Assembly (NCBI GenBank): GCA_963578425.1
Contig: CAUZCF010000001.1
Location: 1 to 50,330 of the forward strand
Origin: Gammaproteobacteria bacterium
Lineage (GTDB): Bacteria > Pseudomonadota > Gammaproteobacteria > Steroidobacterales > UBA11654
DNA: 50,330 bases
Reading direction: 5' to 3'
In this document: piece after piece, positions 28,931 through 37,436 of the stretch
Layout of the letters: each line of letters begins with the position of its first letter
Numbering within the stretch: the stretch's first letter is position 1
Position numbers and translations under genes: made by a program
The notes under the pieces: model-generated
Told to the model about the DNA's origin: nothing
Database searches by the model: none
What the model saw: the letters and a program-made list of their open reading frames with translations, nothing else

Positions 28931-30087
28931 CTCCCGTCAAAGAAAGGAACTTGAAGTGGAGGCTTCTCTATCATCTTGTAGCAAAATTGCGTGATGTTCT
29001 CAGTTGCATCAACGAAAGTCTCATCAAAAGCAGACTTTGACATATCACTAAGCTTATTTTCTTCTTGGAAAATTCTCTTGATAGTATGAGCTAGGATATC
29101 TGGCTTTAGATCTTTATCTAGAATAACCTCAGCTCCTCCTTTTTCTGCTAAAAATTGGGCATTAAACCATTGATGATTATCCATAGCATGTGGAAATGGT
29201 ATTAGAATTGAAGGAAGACCTATAGCACTAACCTCAGAAACAGTCATAGCACCTGCTCGACCAATCAATAAATCTGCCCAAGCATATGCTTCATCTATAT
29301 TGGGATTAAAATTTGTAATTTTGGCATCTATCCCTAACTCTAAGTATTGATTTTTTACAGTCTCAAAGTCTTGTTCTCCAGAATCATGCATTACCTCTAC
29401 TGGATGATCTGCCATCAACAAACTTATAGCTTTAGGAGCAGTCATGTTTATAGATCTAGCACCTTGGCTCCCACCCATTATGAAAATCCTAGGTTTTTTT
29501 GATTTATCAGGAAATGGTTTCACTGTTTTATCGATATTCAAAATCTCATCCCTGACTGGATTACCCAGAAAGACATGGTCCTCAGTTGCAGCTGAAAGAC
29601 TAAAAAAAGTAGTCTTCCAGCCAAAGCCACCTGGTAGTCCCTCAATAATGCCTTTGGCTTGGGTTGCTGCAATGTATCTGTTTGCTCTTCCTGCCTTAGC
29701 ATTTTGTTCATGGATGACTACATAGGGCATGGTAATATTTCCTGGCTCAGAAGCTGTTTTACAAAGATCGAATGAAGCATAGCCGCCCATTCCTAAAATC
29801 AATTGTGGAGATAGCTCAGCTACATATCTTCTCAATTCCCGATCTGGTCTAGTCAAGGCAGCTAAATATTTTTTAAGTCTAGAGGTGTCCTTGAATCTAT
29901 TCTTAAAAAAAACAGTCTCAATGTCATATTGAGCAAATATTTTCTTTTCCAGAGCATTGCCGGTACCAACAATTACAACTTTATGCCCGTCAGATTTAAA
30001 TTTTTTTGCCAACGCTATAGCTGGGAAAATGTGCCCGCCTGTACCGCCGGCACCAATGAGGATAGTGTATTTTTTTTCTTCAGTCAC
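28927..30087 (-). CDS. murG: UDP-N-acetylglucosamine--N-acetylmuramyl-(pentapeptide) pyrophosphoryl-undecaprenol GlcNAc transferase
   Basis: 386 aa. N-terminal GAGGTGGHIFPAIALA. Positioned after ftsW. Confidence 0.93.
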   Translation of the reverse strand: MTEEKKYTILIGAGGTGGHIFPAIALAKKFKSDGHKVVIVGTGNALEKKIFAQYDIETVFFKNRFKDTSRLKKYLAALTRPDRELRRYVAELSPQLILGMGGYASFDLCKTASEPGNITMPYVVIHEQNAKAGRANRYIAATQAKGIIEGLPGGFGWKTTFFSLSAATEDHVFLGNPVRDEILNIDKTVKPFPDKSKKPRIFIMGGSQGARSINMTAPKAISLLMADHPVEVMHDSGEQDFETVKNQYLELGIDAKITNFNPNIDEAYAWADLLIGRAGAMTVSEVSAIGLPSILIPFPHAMDNHQWFNAQFLAEKGGAEVILDKDLKPDILAHTIKRIFQEENKLSDMSKSAFDETFVDATENITQFCYKMIEKPPLQVPFFDGS

Positions 30088-31237
30088 CGGTTCTTACATT
30101 TTTCTTTGGTTGAGGATTCTCACAACCTATTCTCAATACCATGGCTAAAGTAATAAGTGTAATTGCTATACTACTGCTGCCATAGCTAATCAAAGGCAGT
30201 GTCAGTCCTTTGGTTGGAAGAAGACCCATATTAACCCCAAGATTAATAATCACTTGGAGTGATAACCATATCCCTATTGAGATACACAAATAACCTTGAA
30301 ACATAAGCTCAGATCTAATGGCTTTAAACCCAATGACAAAGATTCGAGAGATTAGAAGGCCATATAAAGACAGAATCAATACCGTTCCCATTAAACCTAA
30401 TTCTTCAGCAATGATGGCAAAAATAAAATCCGTATGAGCCTCAGGTAAATAGAATAATTTTTGAATGCTCTCACCTAAGCCAACACCAAATATTCCCCCA
30501 CTGCCTATAGCAATTAATGAATTGGTTAATTGATAGCCAGCGCCGAGTGAATCTTTCCATGGTTCAAGAAAACCTGCAAGGCGGCTCATCCTGTATGGCT
30601 CAATATATATTAGAAATGCAAAGGTAAGCCCTAAAATGATGATGAGTGCTAAGAAGTATCTTATTTTAAACCCAGCAATAAAGAATAAGCCGGCAGTGAC
30701 TGAAAGTATGATAACTGTTGAGCCAAAATCGGGTTGTCCTAAAAGCAGAAGGCAAGCCGGAATAATAAATATCATCGGTTTTACGAAACTCATAAAATCA
30801 CTGGTTAAGGCTTCTTGCTGTCTATAGCAATAACCAGAAATATAAATTAACAGCAGTAACCTAGCTGGATCTACTACTTGTATATTTGGTAAGGGACCTA
30901 TCTTAATCCAGCGTGTTGCTCCGTTTGCTGTCACCCCTATATCAGGAATGAACACTATAGTTAGGAGTCCAATGGCTAATATTGGCAGAAGAATTCCAAA
31001 CTTTTCCCACACACGACTTGGAATTAGGAAGGCAATGAAACCGGCTGACAGACCTAATCCAATTGAGAAGAGTTGTTTGTATACATAACCGTAGGGATCT
31101 CCGAGGTTCTTAACTGCGATCGGCATTGAAGCTGAAGCTAACATCACTAATCCACCTATTAATAACACAACTGTAACTATGACAAATAAATGGTCTATGC
31201 CATGAAAAAGATTAGTGTGTCGTCTATCTGAAACCAA
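30080..31237 (-). CDS. ftsW: SEDS-family peptidoglycan polymerase / lipid II flippase FtsW
   Basis: 385 aa polytopic SEDS protein (PEAHTDFIFAIIAEELG), between mraY and murG. Confidence 0.92.
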   Translation of the reverse strand: MVSDRRHTNLFHGIDHLFVIVTVVLLIGGLVMLASASMPIAVKNLGDPYGYVYKQLFSIGLGLSAGFIAFLIPSRVWEKFGILLPILAIGLLTIVFIPDIGVTANGATRWIKIGPLPNIQVVDPARLLLLIYISGYCYRQQEALTSDFMSFVKPMIFIIPACLLLLGQPDFGSTVIILSVTAGLFFIAGFKIRYFLALIIILGLTFAFLIYIEPYRMSRLAGFLEPWKDSLGAGYQLTNSLIAIGSGGIFGVGLGESIQKLFYLPEAHTDFIFAIIAEELGLMGTVLILSLYGLLISRIFVIGFKAIRSELMFQGYLCISIGIWLSLQVIINLGVNMGLLPTKGLTLPLISYGSSSIAITLITLAMVLRIGCENPQPKKNVRTGD

Positions 31238-31269
31238 AACTTATCCTAAGAGCATAGCTTGTCTTCTTT

Positions 31270-32349
31270 TCATCGAATCTTAAGGCTGGATAACCCTATT
31301 AATACCAAAAAAACAGTAATAATCCAGAAACGAACAATGACCTTAGGTTCTGCCCAGCCTTTTAATTCAAAATGATGGTGAATTGGTGCCATATTAAATA
31401 TTCTTTTACCTCTGATTTTGTAGGAACCAACTTGTAAAATTACTGAGAGCGTTTCCACAATGAAAACTCCACCCATGATTGCTAATACTAGTTCTTGCTT
31501 AACAATTACTGAAATTAAACCCAAAGTCCCCCCTAAAGAAATAGCACCAACATCACCCATAAAGACTTGAGCTGGATAAGTGTTAAACCATAAAAACCCT
31601 AAACCTGCTCCAGAAATAGCACAACATATTACAAAAACTTCACCCGCTTCTCTTAGGAATGGAAGATCCAAATAAGAAGAAAAATTTATATTGCCAGTGA
31701 CATAAGCAAAAATACCCAAAGCAATGGAAATCATTACTACTGGCATAATAGCAAGACCATCAAGGCCATCGGTAAGGTTAACAGCATTACTAGAACCAAC
31801 AATTACAAAGATAGCAAAAGGTAAAAATACCCACCCAAGATCCAATCTCACATTATTCGTAAAAGGTATAAGTAAGTCTGTGGCGATTGGCTCCACAGAA
31901 CCATAAAATAGATAGTTTATAGCCCCATAAGCAACACCTATTTGCATAAAAAACTTTATGGAGGCACTCAAACCATTTTTATTGCCTTTTAACTTTATAT
32001 AATCATCAATAAAACCAATAAGACCAAATAGCAGCATGCTAAAAAAAATGGTAATAATATAGCTATTGGTAAGATCGCTCCATATCAATGTACTCACTGA
32101 TACTGAAAGTAAAATCAGAATGCCTCCCATTGTTGGAGTACCTTTTTTCTTGGCATGTGATATTGGTCCATCTTCTCTTATGGATTCACCAATATCATTA
32201 CCTTCCAATAGGCTAATCAACCTAGGCCCAAAAAGAAATGAAATAACTAAAGCGGTCAAGGCACTCAAAATTCCTCGCGTGGTGATATATGTGAACGCAT
32301 TAAATGCAGAAAAGATTTCAATCAACTGATCTGAGAAAAATAAAAACAA
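31270..32349 (-). CDS. mraY: phospho-N-acetylmuramoyl-pentapeptide transferase
   Basis: 359 aa with KKGTPTMGG, NAVNLTDGLDGLA and MAPIHHHFE motifs. Confidence 0.96.
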   Translation of the reverse strand: MFLFFSDQLIEIFSAFNAFTYITTRGILSALTALVISFLFGPRLISLLEGNDIGESIREDGPISHAKKKGTPTMGGILILLSVSVSTLIWSDLTNSYIITIFFSMLLFGLIGFIDDYIKLKGNKNGLSASIKFFMQIGVAYGAINYLFYGSVEPIATDLLIPFTNNVRLDLGWVFLPFAIFVIVGSSNAVNLTDGLDGLAIMPVVMISIALGIFAYVTGNINFSSYLDLPFLREAGEVFVICCAISGAGLGFLWFNTYPAQVFMGDVGAISLGGTLGLISVIVKQELVLAIMGGVFIVETLSVILQVGSYKIRGKRIFNMAPIHHHFELKGWAEPKVIVRFWIITVFLVLIGLSSLKIR

Positions 32350-32416
32350 CTTCTGTTACCTCAATAGATTTAATTCATGGATTATCAAGAATCATTAATT
32401 GTACCAGAGATATTTA

Positions 32417-34090
32417 TTATATTTTATCTGGTGCAACCCCCAACAATCTAAGTGTTCTCGATGCGATTGAAGCAAATATTGGAGCTGCAACCTGACCTCC
32501 ATAATACTCCCTTCCTTGAGGCTCATTAACAATGACTGCAACAACTATTCTAGGGTCAGAGATAGGGACAATACCAACAAAAATAGCATTATGAGCATCT
32601 CGTGAATAATTAGCTGCAGCAATTTGTGCAGTGCCTGTTTTTCCACCCACCCTATAACCATTAATTTGTGCTCTAACAGCAGACCTTTCCACAACTTGCT
32701 CAAGCATCAATAAAAGTGTCTGAGATGTTTGCTCAGACAATACTCTATTGCCTACAGCTAGTTCATCAATTCGCTCTAGTGAGATATTATTCTTAACCCC
32801 TCGATTCGCTATTGTTGCATAAGCATTTGCCAATTGAATTAAATTAACATCAACGTTATAACCAAAAGCTAAAGAAGCACGCATGCCATCTCTCCAGCGT
32901 TGATATGAGCTGTCTAGAGTCCCTGAAGTTTCCCCAGGAAAACCTGAAGCAGTTGCTTGCCCAATACCTAATTTTGATAGAATTTCATAAAATAATTCTG
33001 GGTCAGTTAATAGTGAAATCTTTGATGCTCCAACATTACTGGATTTAATCAAAATCTCACCTAGGCTAAGTGGCCCATAATATCTTGGATCCTTAATTTC
33101 TCTTGAACCGATTGAATAAGGAAGGGTGTCAATCGTGTCTGTGGAATTAAAAATTTCATGCTCAAGAGCAGTCGCAACAATTAAGGGTTTAAATGTTGAT
33201 CCGGGTTCAAATTTATCCGTTAGGGCACGATTCTTATAAAACTTAGGTAATCTAAGTTTGAGATTACTCATATCTGCAGAAGGATTATTGACAATTGCTA
33301 GTACCTCACCAGTTTTAATGTCTAAAACAACTGCAGAAGCTTTCTTTGCCTGGGAGCTATTCACTCCTTCGTTAAGAGCAGCATGAGCTATATATTGAAT
33401 CCTAACATCTATGCTCGTATAAAAATCCTTCCCTTGTTTAGCTGGCTTAATGATTTCAACGTCTTCAATAGTATTTAAGCCAATATCAGTAATCGCTTTC
33501 TTTTTGCCATCTTGTCCTGACAAATAATTATTCAGAGCATACTCTAAACCCTCTTGACCTTGATCTTTATTATCGTTGAATCCTATGATCTGTGTTGTCA
33601 CCTCAGCATTAGGATTAAATCTTTTGTAAGCCTTCTCTAACCAAAAATAATTGCTTTTTTTTAGGCGATTAATTAAAGCTACTTGATCTTTTTCTAATTC
33701 TCTGGAGAGGATAAAATATCTTCTAGATGACCTTTTCTTTATCTCTTGATCAAGTCTCGAGTGATCAATTTTTAATACTGAAGCCAAAGACTTAGACAAC
33801 TCCTGATATCGTTTTGAAGATAAAAAGATCTTTGGATCCACCACCAAATTGCTAACTGGGATGCTAACAGCTAAAGGGTTAGAATTTCGATCATATATAG
33901 TGCCTCGACTTGATGGAATGATGAGAGTTTTTATATGTTTCTTATCTCCTTCGGCATTTAAAAAATCAGACTCAATGTATTGAAGATAAAATGATCTAGA
34001 TAGAAGAATAATGATTAGAGCAATCAGAATAATGCTCAGAAAAATAAATCGGTTCCTAATAAGCCTTAAATTATTACTGCTTATCTTCAT
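32417..34090 (-). CDS. ftsI: peptidoglycan D,D-transpeptidase FtsI (PBP3)
   Basis: 557 aa with an N-terminal TM segment and the transpeptidase motifs STFKP, SSN and KTGT. Confidence 0.93.
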   Translation of the reverse strand: MKISSNNLRLIRNRFIFLSIILIALIIILLSRSFYLQYIESDFLNAEGDKKHIKTLIIPSSRGTIYDRNSNPLAVSIPVSNLVVDPKIFLSSKRYQELSKSLASVLKIDHSRLDQEIKKRSSRRYFILSRELEKDQVALINRLKKSNYFWLEKAYKRFNPNAEVTTQIIGFNDNKDQGQEGLEYALNNYLSGQDGKKKAITDIGLNTIEDVEIIKPAKQGKDFYTSIDVRIQYIAHAALNEGVNSSQAKKASAVVLDIKTGEVLAIVNNPSADMSNLKLRLPKFYKNRALTDKFEPGSTFKPLIVATALEHEIFNSTDTIDTLPYSIGSREIKDPRYYGPLSLGEILIKSSNVGASKISLLTDPELFYEILSKLGIGQATASGFPGETSGTLDSSYQRWRDGMRASLAFGYNVDVNLIQLANAYATIANRGVKNNISLERIDELAVGNRVLSEQTSQTLLLMLEQVVERSAVRAQINGYRVGGKTGTAQIAAANYSRDAHNAIFVGIVPISDPRIVVAVIVNEPQGREYYGGQVAAPIFASIASRTLRLLGVAPDKI

Positions 34091-34367
34091 TAATTAATAA
34101 TACTTTTATTTTTGAAGAATCTGGTAATTGCATTGATGCCTTGTCATTAGCTTCCTTTTCTAAACTCATTCCAGATGAAAGTTCTGAGAGATCCAAACGA
34201 AGTTCCTTCCATTTAATTTCAAGCTGATCTTTTTGTTTGACTAATAATTGATATTGCTTAAATAGCTCTCTATTTTTGTAATGTAAATCTATTTCATAAG
34301 TTGCAGTCATAGCAACCATTAAAAACCAGAATAAAGGCCACTTGTACCAATTGAACTCTTCTTTCAT
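34074..34367 (-). CDS. ftsL: cell division protein FtsL
   Basis: 97 aa bitopic coiled-coil protein between rsmH and ftsI, with 4-nt and 17-nt overlaps to those neighbours. Confidence 0.8.
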   Translation of the reverse strand: MKEEFNWYKWPLFWFLMVAMTATYEIDLHYKNRELFKQYQLLVKQKDQLEIKWKELRLDLSELSSGMSLEKEANDKASMQLPDSSKIKVLLINEDKQ

Positions 34368-35293
34368 TTTATTTTTTCAGCGGCCCTCAATATCGCACTT
34401 CGTGCTCTTGGATTGATTTTAATCTCCTCATCTGAAGGTTTTATTTTCTTTAATATAACTTTTAATTTAGATGTGTCTTCAATGTTTGGCAACTTGGATA
34501 AATTTGGATCTATCCTAGAATTATCTCTAAAAAAGCGTTTAACAATTCTATCTTCAAGTGAATGAAAGCTAATAATAACGATTCTTCCACCTGGCTTTAG
34601 GCGTTCTAAACCAAAATCTAATAATGATCTTAACTCCTCAAGCTCATCATTAATATGTATTCTAATAGCTTGAAATGTTTTAGTGGCTGGGTGCTTCTTT
34701 TCTTTTTTTATAGAATATTTTTTTAATTGATAAACAAGATCAGCAAGCTCGAAGGTGCTACTAAATGGCTTAATACTTCTTTGTTCTATTATTGCTTTTG
34801 CAATTCTTCTTGAGTACGACTCTTCTCCATACTTCCAAATTACCCCTGAAATCTCATCTTCAGCTGCTGTATTGATCCAGTCTTTAGCTGAAATGCCAGT
34901 TGATTGATCCATTCTCATGTCCAACTCAGCATCTTTCTTAAAACTAAAACCTCTTTCTTTAGAGTCTAGTTGATGTGATGAAACACCCAAATCAGCTATG
35001 ATTCCATCAAATGAAAAAGAACGATCCGTTTGACTTATTTCTGTTCTTAAGCTTTTAAAATTACTTTTAAGAATAGTGAGTTGAGGATGAGAAAATTTAG
35101 ATTTAAGATAAGCAATTGAGTCTTGATCCCTGTCAGCAGCTATTAGATGCCCTTGATTATCCAAACTTTCTAAAATTAATTGCGTGTGGCCTCCAAATCC
35201 AGCTGTAGCGTCTAGATACAAACCCTTGGAAGCGGTCATCATTACCTTTGTGGATTCTTTAGCAAGGACAGGTATGTGTAATGCTTTGAACAT
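34364..35293 (-). CDS. rsmH: 16S rRNA (cytosine1402-N4)-methyltransferase
   Basis: 309 aa. HIPVLAKE, DATAGFGGHT, DLGVSSHQLD and SFHSLEDRIVK motifs. Confidence 0.95.
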   Translation of the reverse strand: MFKALHIPVLAKESTKVMMTASKGLYLDATAGFGGHTQLILESLDNQGHLIAADRDQDSIAYLKSKFSHPQLTILKSNFKSLRTEISQTDRSFSFDGIIADLGVSSHQLDSKERGFSFKKDAELDMRMDQSTGISAKDWINTAAEDEISGVIWKYGEESYSRRIAKAIIEQRSIKPFSSTFELADLVYQLKKYSIKKEKKHPATKTFQAIRIHINDELEELRSLLDFGLERLKPGGRIVIISFHSLEDRIVKRFFRDNSRIDPNLSKLPNIEDTSKLKVILKKIKPSDEEIKINPRARSAILRAAEKIK

Positions 35294-35335
35294 AACTAAA
35301 GAATTTAGATTTTATAAAATAGATAATGCCTAAAA

Positions 35336-36487
35336 TTAGGCATCCTGTCTTTTCAAAAATTGAGGAACATCAAGTATTTCTAATTCTTCATGTTTTCCAA
35401 TAATTGCTTCTTCCTTATTTTCAAATAGATCCTTAGTCTCTCTTAATGGATTTCTTTCAGTTATAGGTCTATCAAGATTACTAAAATTAGTTTTATCCTT
35501 TATCTTAATCTCAGATTGTCTCTCACCTAAACCAGTTGCAACGAGAGTTACTCTAATTGAATCATTCATATTCTTTGAGATAGCTGTACCAACTATAACC
35601 TTAGCCTTATCTGAAGCATAACTTTTGACGATCCCACCAATTTCATCAAATTCTGATATTTCAAGATCTTCATCTGCTGTAACATTGAGTAAAATTCCTT
35701 TAGCTCCTTCCAAATCAATATCCTCCAGCAAAGGGCTATTTACTGCTTCTTCAATTGCTCTTCGCCCCCGATCAGGTCCAGAAGCAACTGCAGAGCCCAT
35801 AATTCCTCTCCCCTTATCACTCATAACTTTTTTAACATCTGCAAAATCAAGATTCATTAGGCCTGGAACGGTAATCAGCTCAACAATACCTTGGACTGAA
35901 TTTAGTAAAACATCATTCGCAGCCTCAAAAGCATCTACTAGGGTAATTTTCTTGCCCAATGATTGTAATTTATCATTAGGTATTATGATGAGAGAATCGA
36001 CATGTTTCTCTAACTCCTTTATACCTTCTTCAGCATATTGAGCCCTTAAATCACCTTCCCAATTGAAAGGCTTAGTGACGACGGCAACGGTCAAAATACC
36101 TAATTCTTTTGCAATCTCAGCTATAACAGGACTTGCTCCAGTCCCTGTGCCACCACCAAAACCTGCTGTAATAAACAACATATCTGTTTCAGATATTGCA
36201 TTTGCTATTGCTTCCTTGCTTTCTTTTGCTGATGCACTCCCTATACCTGGATCCATACCAGCACCTAGACCTTTGGTAGTATCTATTCCTATTTGTATTT
36301 TTGTTGCGACATGGGATTGTGCTAAATCTTGAGCATCTGTATTAGCACATAGAAAATCGACACCCTCCATCCCCTTAGAGATCATATGACCAACTGCATT
36401 GCCCCCGCTTCCACCAACCCCAATGACCTTTATATTGGCTTTTTGATTAGCCGTATCATCTATTACAAAAGCAAAATCTACCATCAT
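35336..36487 (-). CDS. ftsZ: cell division GTPase FtsZ
   Basis: 383 aa. IKVIGVGGSGGNAV, the tubulin signature GGGTGTGASPVIA, T7 loop NLDFADV, and the C-terminal conserved peptide LDVPQFLKRQ. An AGGAG Shine-Dalgarno lies 2 nt before ATG 36487 and 5 nt before ATG 36484, so 36484 may be the true start. Confidence 0.95.
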   Translation of the reverse strand: MMVDFAFVIDDTANQKANIKVIGVGGSGGNAVGHMISKGMEGVDFLCANTDAQDLAQSHVATKIQIGIDTTKGLGAGMDPGIGSASAKESKEAIANAISETDMLFITAGFGGGTGTGASPVIAEIAKELGILTVAVVTKPFNWEGDLRAQYAEEGIKELEKHVDSLIIIPNDKLQSLGKKITLVDAFEAANDVLLNSVQGIVELITVPGLMNLDFADVKKVMSDKGRGIMGSAVASGPDRGRRAIEEAVNSPLLEDIDLEGAKGILLNVTADEDLEISEFDEIGGIVKSYASDKAKVIVGTAISKNMNDSIRVTLVATGLGERQSEIKIKDKTNFSNLDRPITERNPLRETKDLFENKEEAIIGKHEELEILDVPQFLKRQDA

Positions 36488-36499
36488 TTCTCCTAATTT

Positions 36500-36949
36500 C
36501 TATAATGACAACATCTCAAAATCTTTGGGTAAGGTAAGTGTTTCTTTCTCTAACCATTTCTCTCGAGACTTAGTCCATGTTAAATAATCCCAGATTTCAA
36601 AACGCTTACCCTGACCTATAAACATTGCTTCTTTATTAATTTTTGAAAATTCTCTTAGCTCTAAAGGAATTAAAATTCTTGCTGAAGAATCTATGTCTAT
36701 TTCAACTGCATGACCTACAAGCAATCTTTGTAATTTCCTACTGGAATTATCAAGGCTTGGTAGTTTCATTATTTTCTCTTCTATCTTTAACCAGTGGTTT
36801 AATGGATATAATAAAAGACAGTGATCTAGATCTATTGTGCAAATCAGCTTATTCTTAGAAATTTTAATTAGTTCATTTCTATATTTTGTAGGAATCGAAA
36901 CCCGACCCTTAGTATCAAGACTAATTTTATTTAAACCTCTAAACATCAT
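36500..36949 (-). CDS. mraZ: transcriptional regulator MraZ
   Basis: The MMFRGLNKISLDTKGRVSIP start is typical of MraZ (MFRG). Two SpoVT-AbrB-like halves. The track ORF extension to 36991 is rejected because it runs through the promoter/operator. Confidence 0.9.
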   Translation of the reverse strand: MMFRGLNKISLDTKGRVSIPTKYRNELIKISKNKLICTIDLDHCLLLYPLNHWLKIEEKIMKLPSLDNSSRKLQRLLVGHAVEIDIDSSARILIPLELREFSKINKEAMFIGQGKRFEIWDYLTWTKSREKWLEKETLTLPKDFEMLSL

Positions 36950-36976
36950 ATATAACAATAGGATCACAGTAAATAT

Positions 36977-36992
36977 CCCACTTTTTACCACT
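36977..36992 (-). promoter_or_regulatory. candidate MraZ operator: direct repeats AAGTGG / AAGTGGG with 10-nt periodicity
   Basis: The minus strand reads ttAAGTGGtaaaAAGTGGGatatttactGTGa, between the -10 box and the mraZ ATG. It matches the (A)AAGTG[G/T] MraZ box consensus as I recall it. The third repeat is degenerate and out of phase (14 nt). Confidence 0.5.
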
Positions 36993-36999
36993 TAAATAC

Positions 37000-37027
37000 A
37001 CTATAGTTTATTGGTCAATTATGTCAA
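37000..37027 (-). promoter_or_regulatory. sigma70-like promoter for mraZ-ftsZ-rsmH... (Pmra candidate)
   Basis: The minus strand reads TTGACA-16 nt-TATAGT. TTGACA is at 37027-37022 and TATAGT at 37005-37000, about 50 nt upstream of the mraZ ATG. Confidence 0.55.
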
Positions 37028-37065
37028 CAGAAAGATAATTAGAGAATAGTTCTAATTAGAGAAAA

Positions 37066-37397
37066 GGAGTTGATCTATAAGCCGGGTTCTGTCTTGGACA
37101 ATCATTCATCTGGGATGCTTGTCACCAAGCACCTCTAGCAACCTACCCTAGAGCGATTACGGGATATCATAGCTCTTCTATTTGGTTTTGCTCTCGATGG
37201 GGTTTGCAATGCCATAAATGTTGCCATTTATGCGGTGTGCTCTTACCACACCTTTTCACCCTTACTTTATCAAAGCGGTTTATTTTCTGTTGCACTTTCC
37301 AGAGGCTCACGCCTTCCAGGAATTACCTGGCATCGTTCCCGTTAGAGCCCGGACTTTCCTCCAAATTAATTTATTTGGCGATTGTCTGACCAACTCC
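37066..37397 (-). ncRNA. rnpB: RNase P RNA, bacterial type A
   Basis: The minus strand contains GGAGGAAAGTCCGGGCTC (37362-37345), GATGCCAGGTAA, AGTGCAACAGAAA, GTAAGGGTGAAAAGGTGTGGTAAGAGCACACC, AGATGAATGATTGTCCAAGACAGAACCCGGCTTA (ending near 37078), and terminal P1 pairing GGAGTTG (37397-37391) / CAACTCC (37072-37066). This closely parallels E. coli M1 RNA. The ends are accurate to within a few nt. Confidence 0.93.
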
Positions 37398-37403
37398 GAA
37401 GTG

Positions 37404-37433
37404 AATTATTCATCACCATCATAAAAAAAACAA
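37404..37433 (-). promoter_or_regulatory. candidate extended -10 promoter for rnpB
   Basis: The minus strand reads TTGTTT-18 nt-(TGa)ATAATT, with the hexamer ending 6 nt before the first G of the P1 helix. Weak -35 box. Inference only. Confidence 0.3.
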
Positions 37434-37436
37434 GAA

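Noticed and set aside
35625-36332. ORFs of 138 and 89 aa on the + strand opposite ftsZ
   Set aside because: Mirror-frame ORFs inside an unmistakable ftsZ. Low-complexity S/P/A-rich translation.
36950-36991. Upstream extension of mraZ (MVKSGIFTVILLLY...)
   Set aside because: MraZ proteins start MFRG. The extension would run through the predicted operator repeats and toward the -10 box.
37204-37424. Two overlapping 61-68 aa ORFs on the + strand
   Set aside because: They lie entirely within the RNase P RNA gene on the opposite strand. Their higher GC and open frames are explained by the structured RNA.
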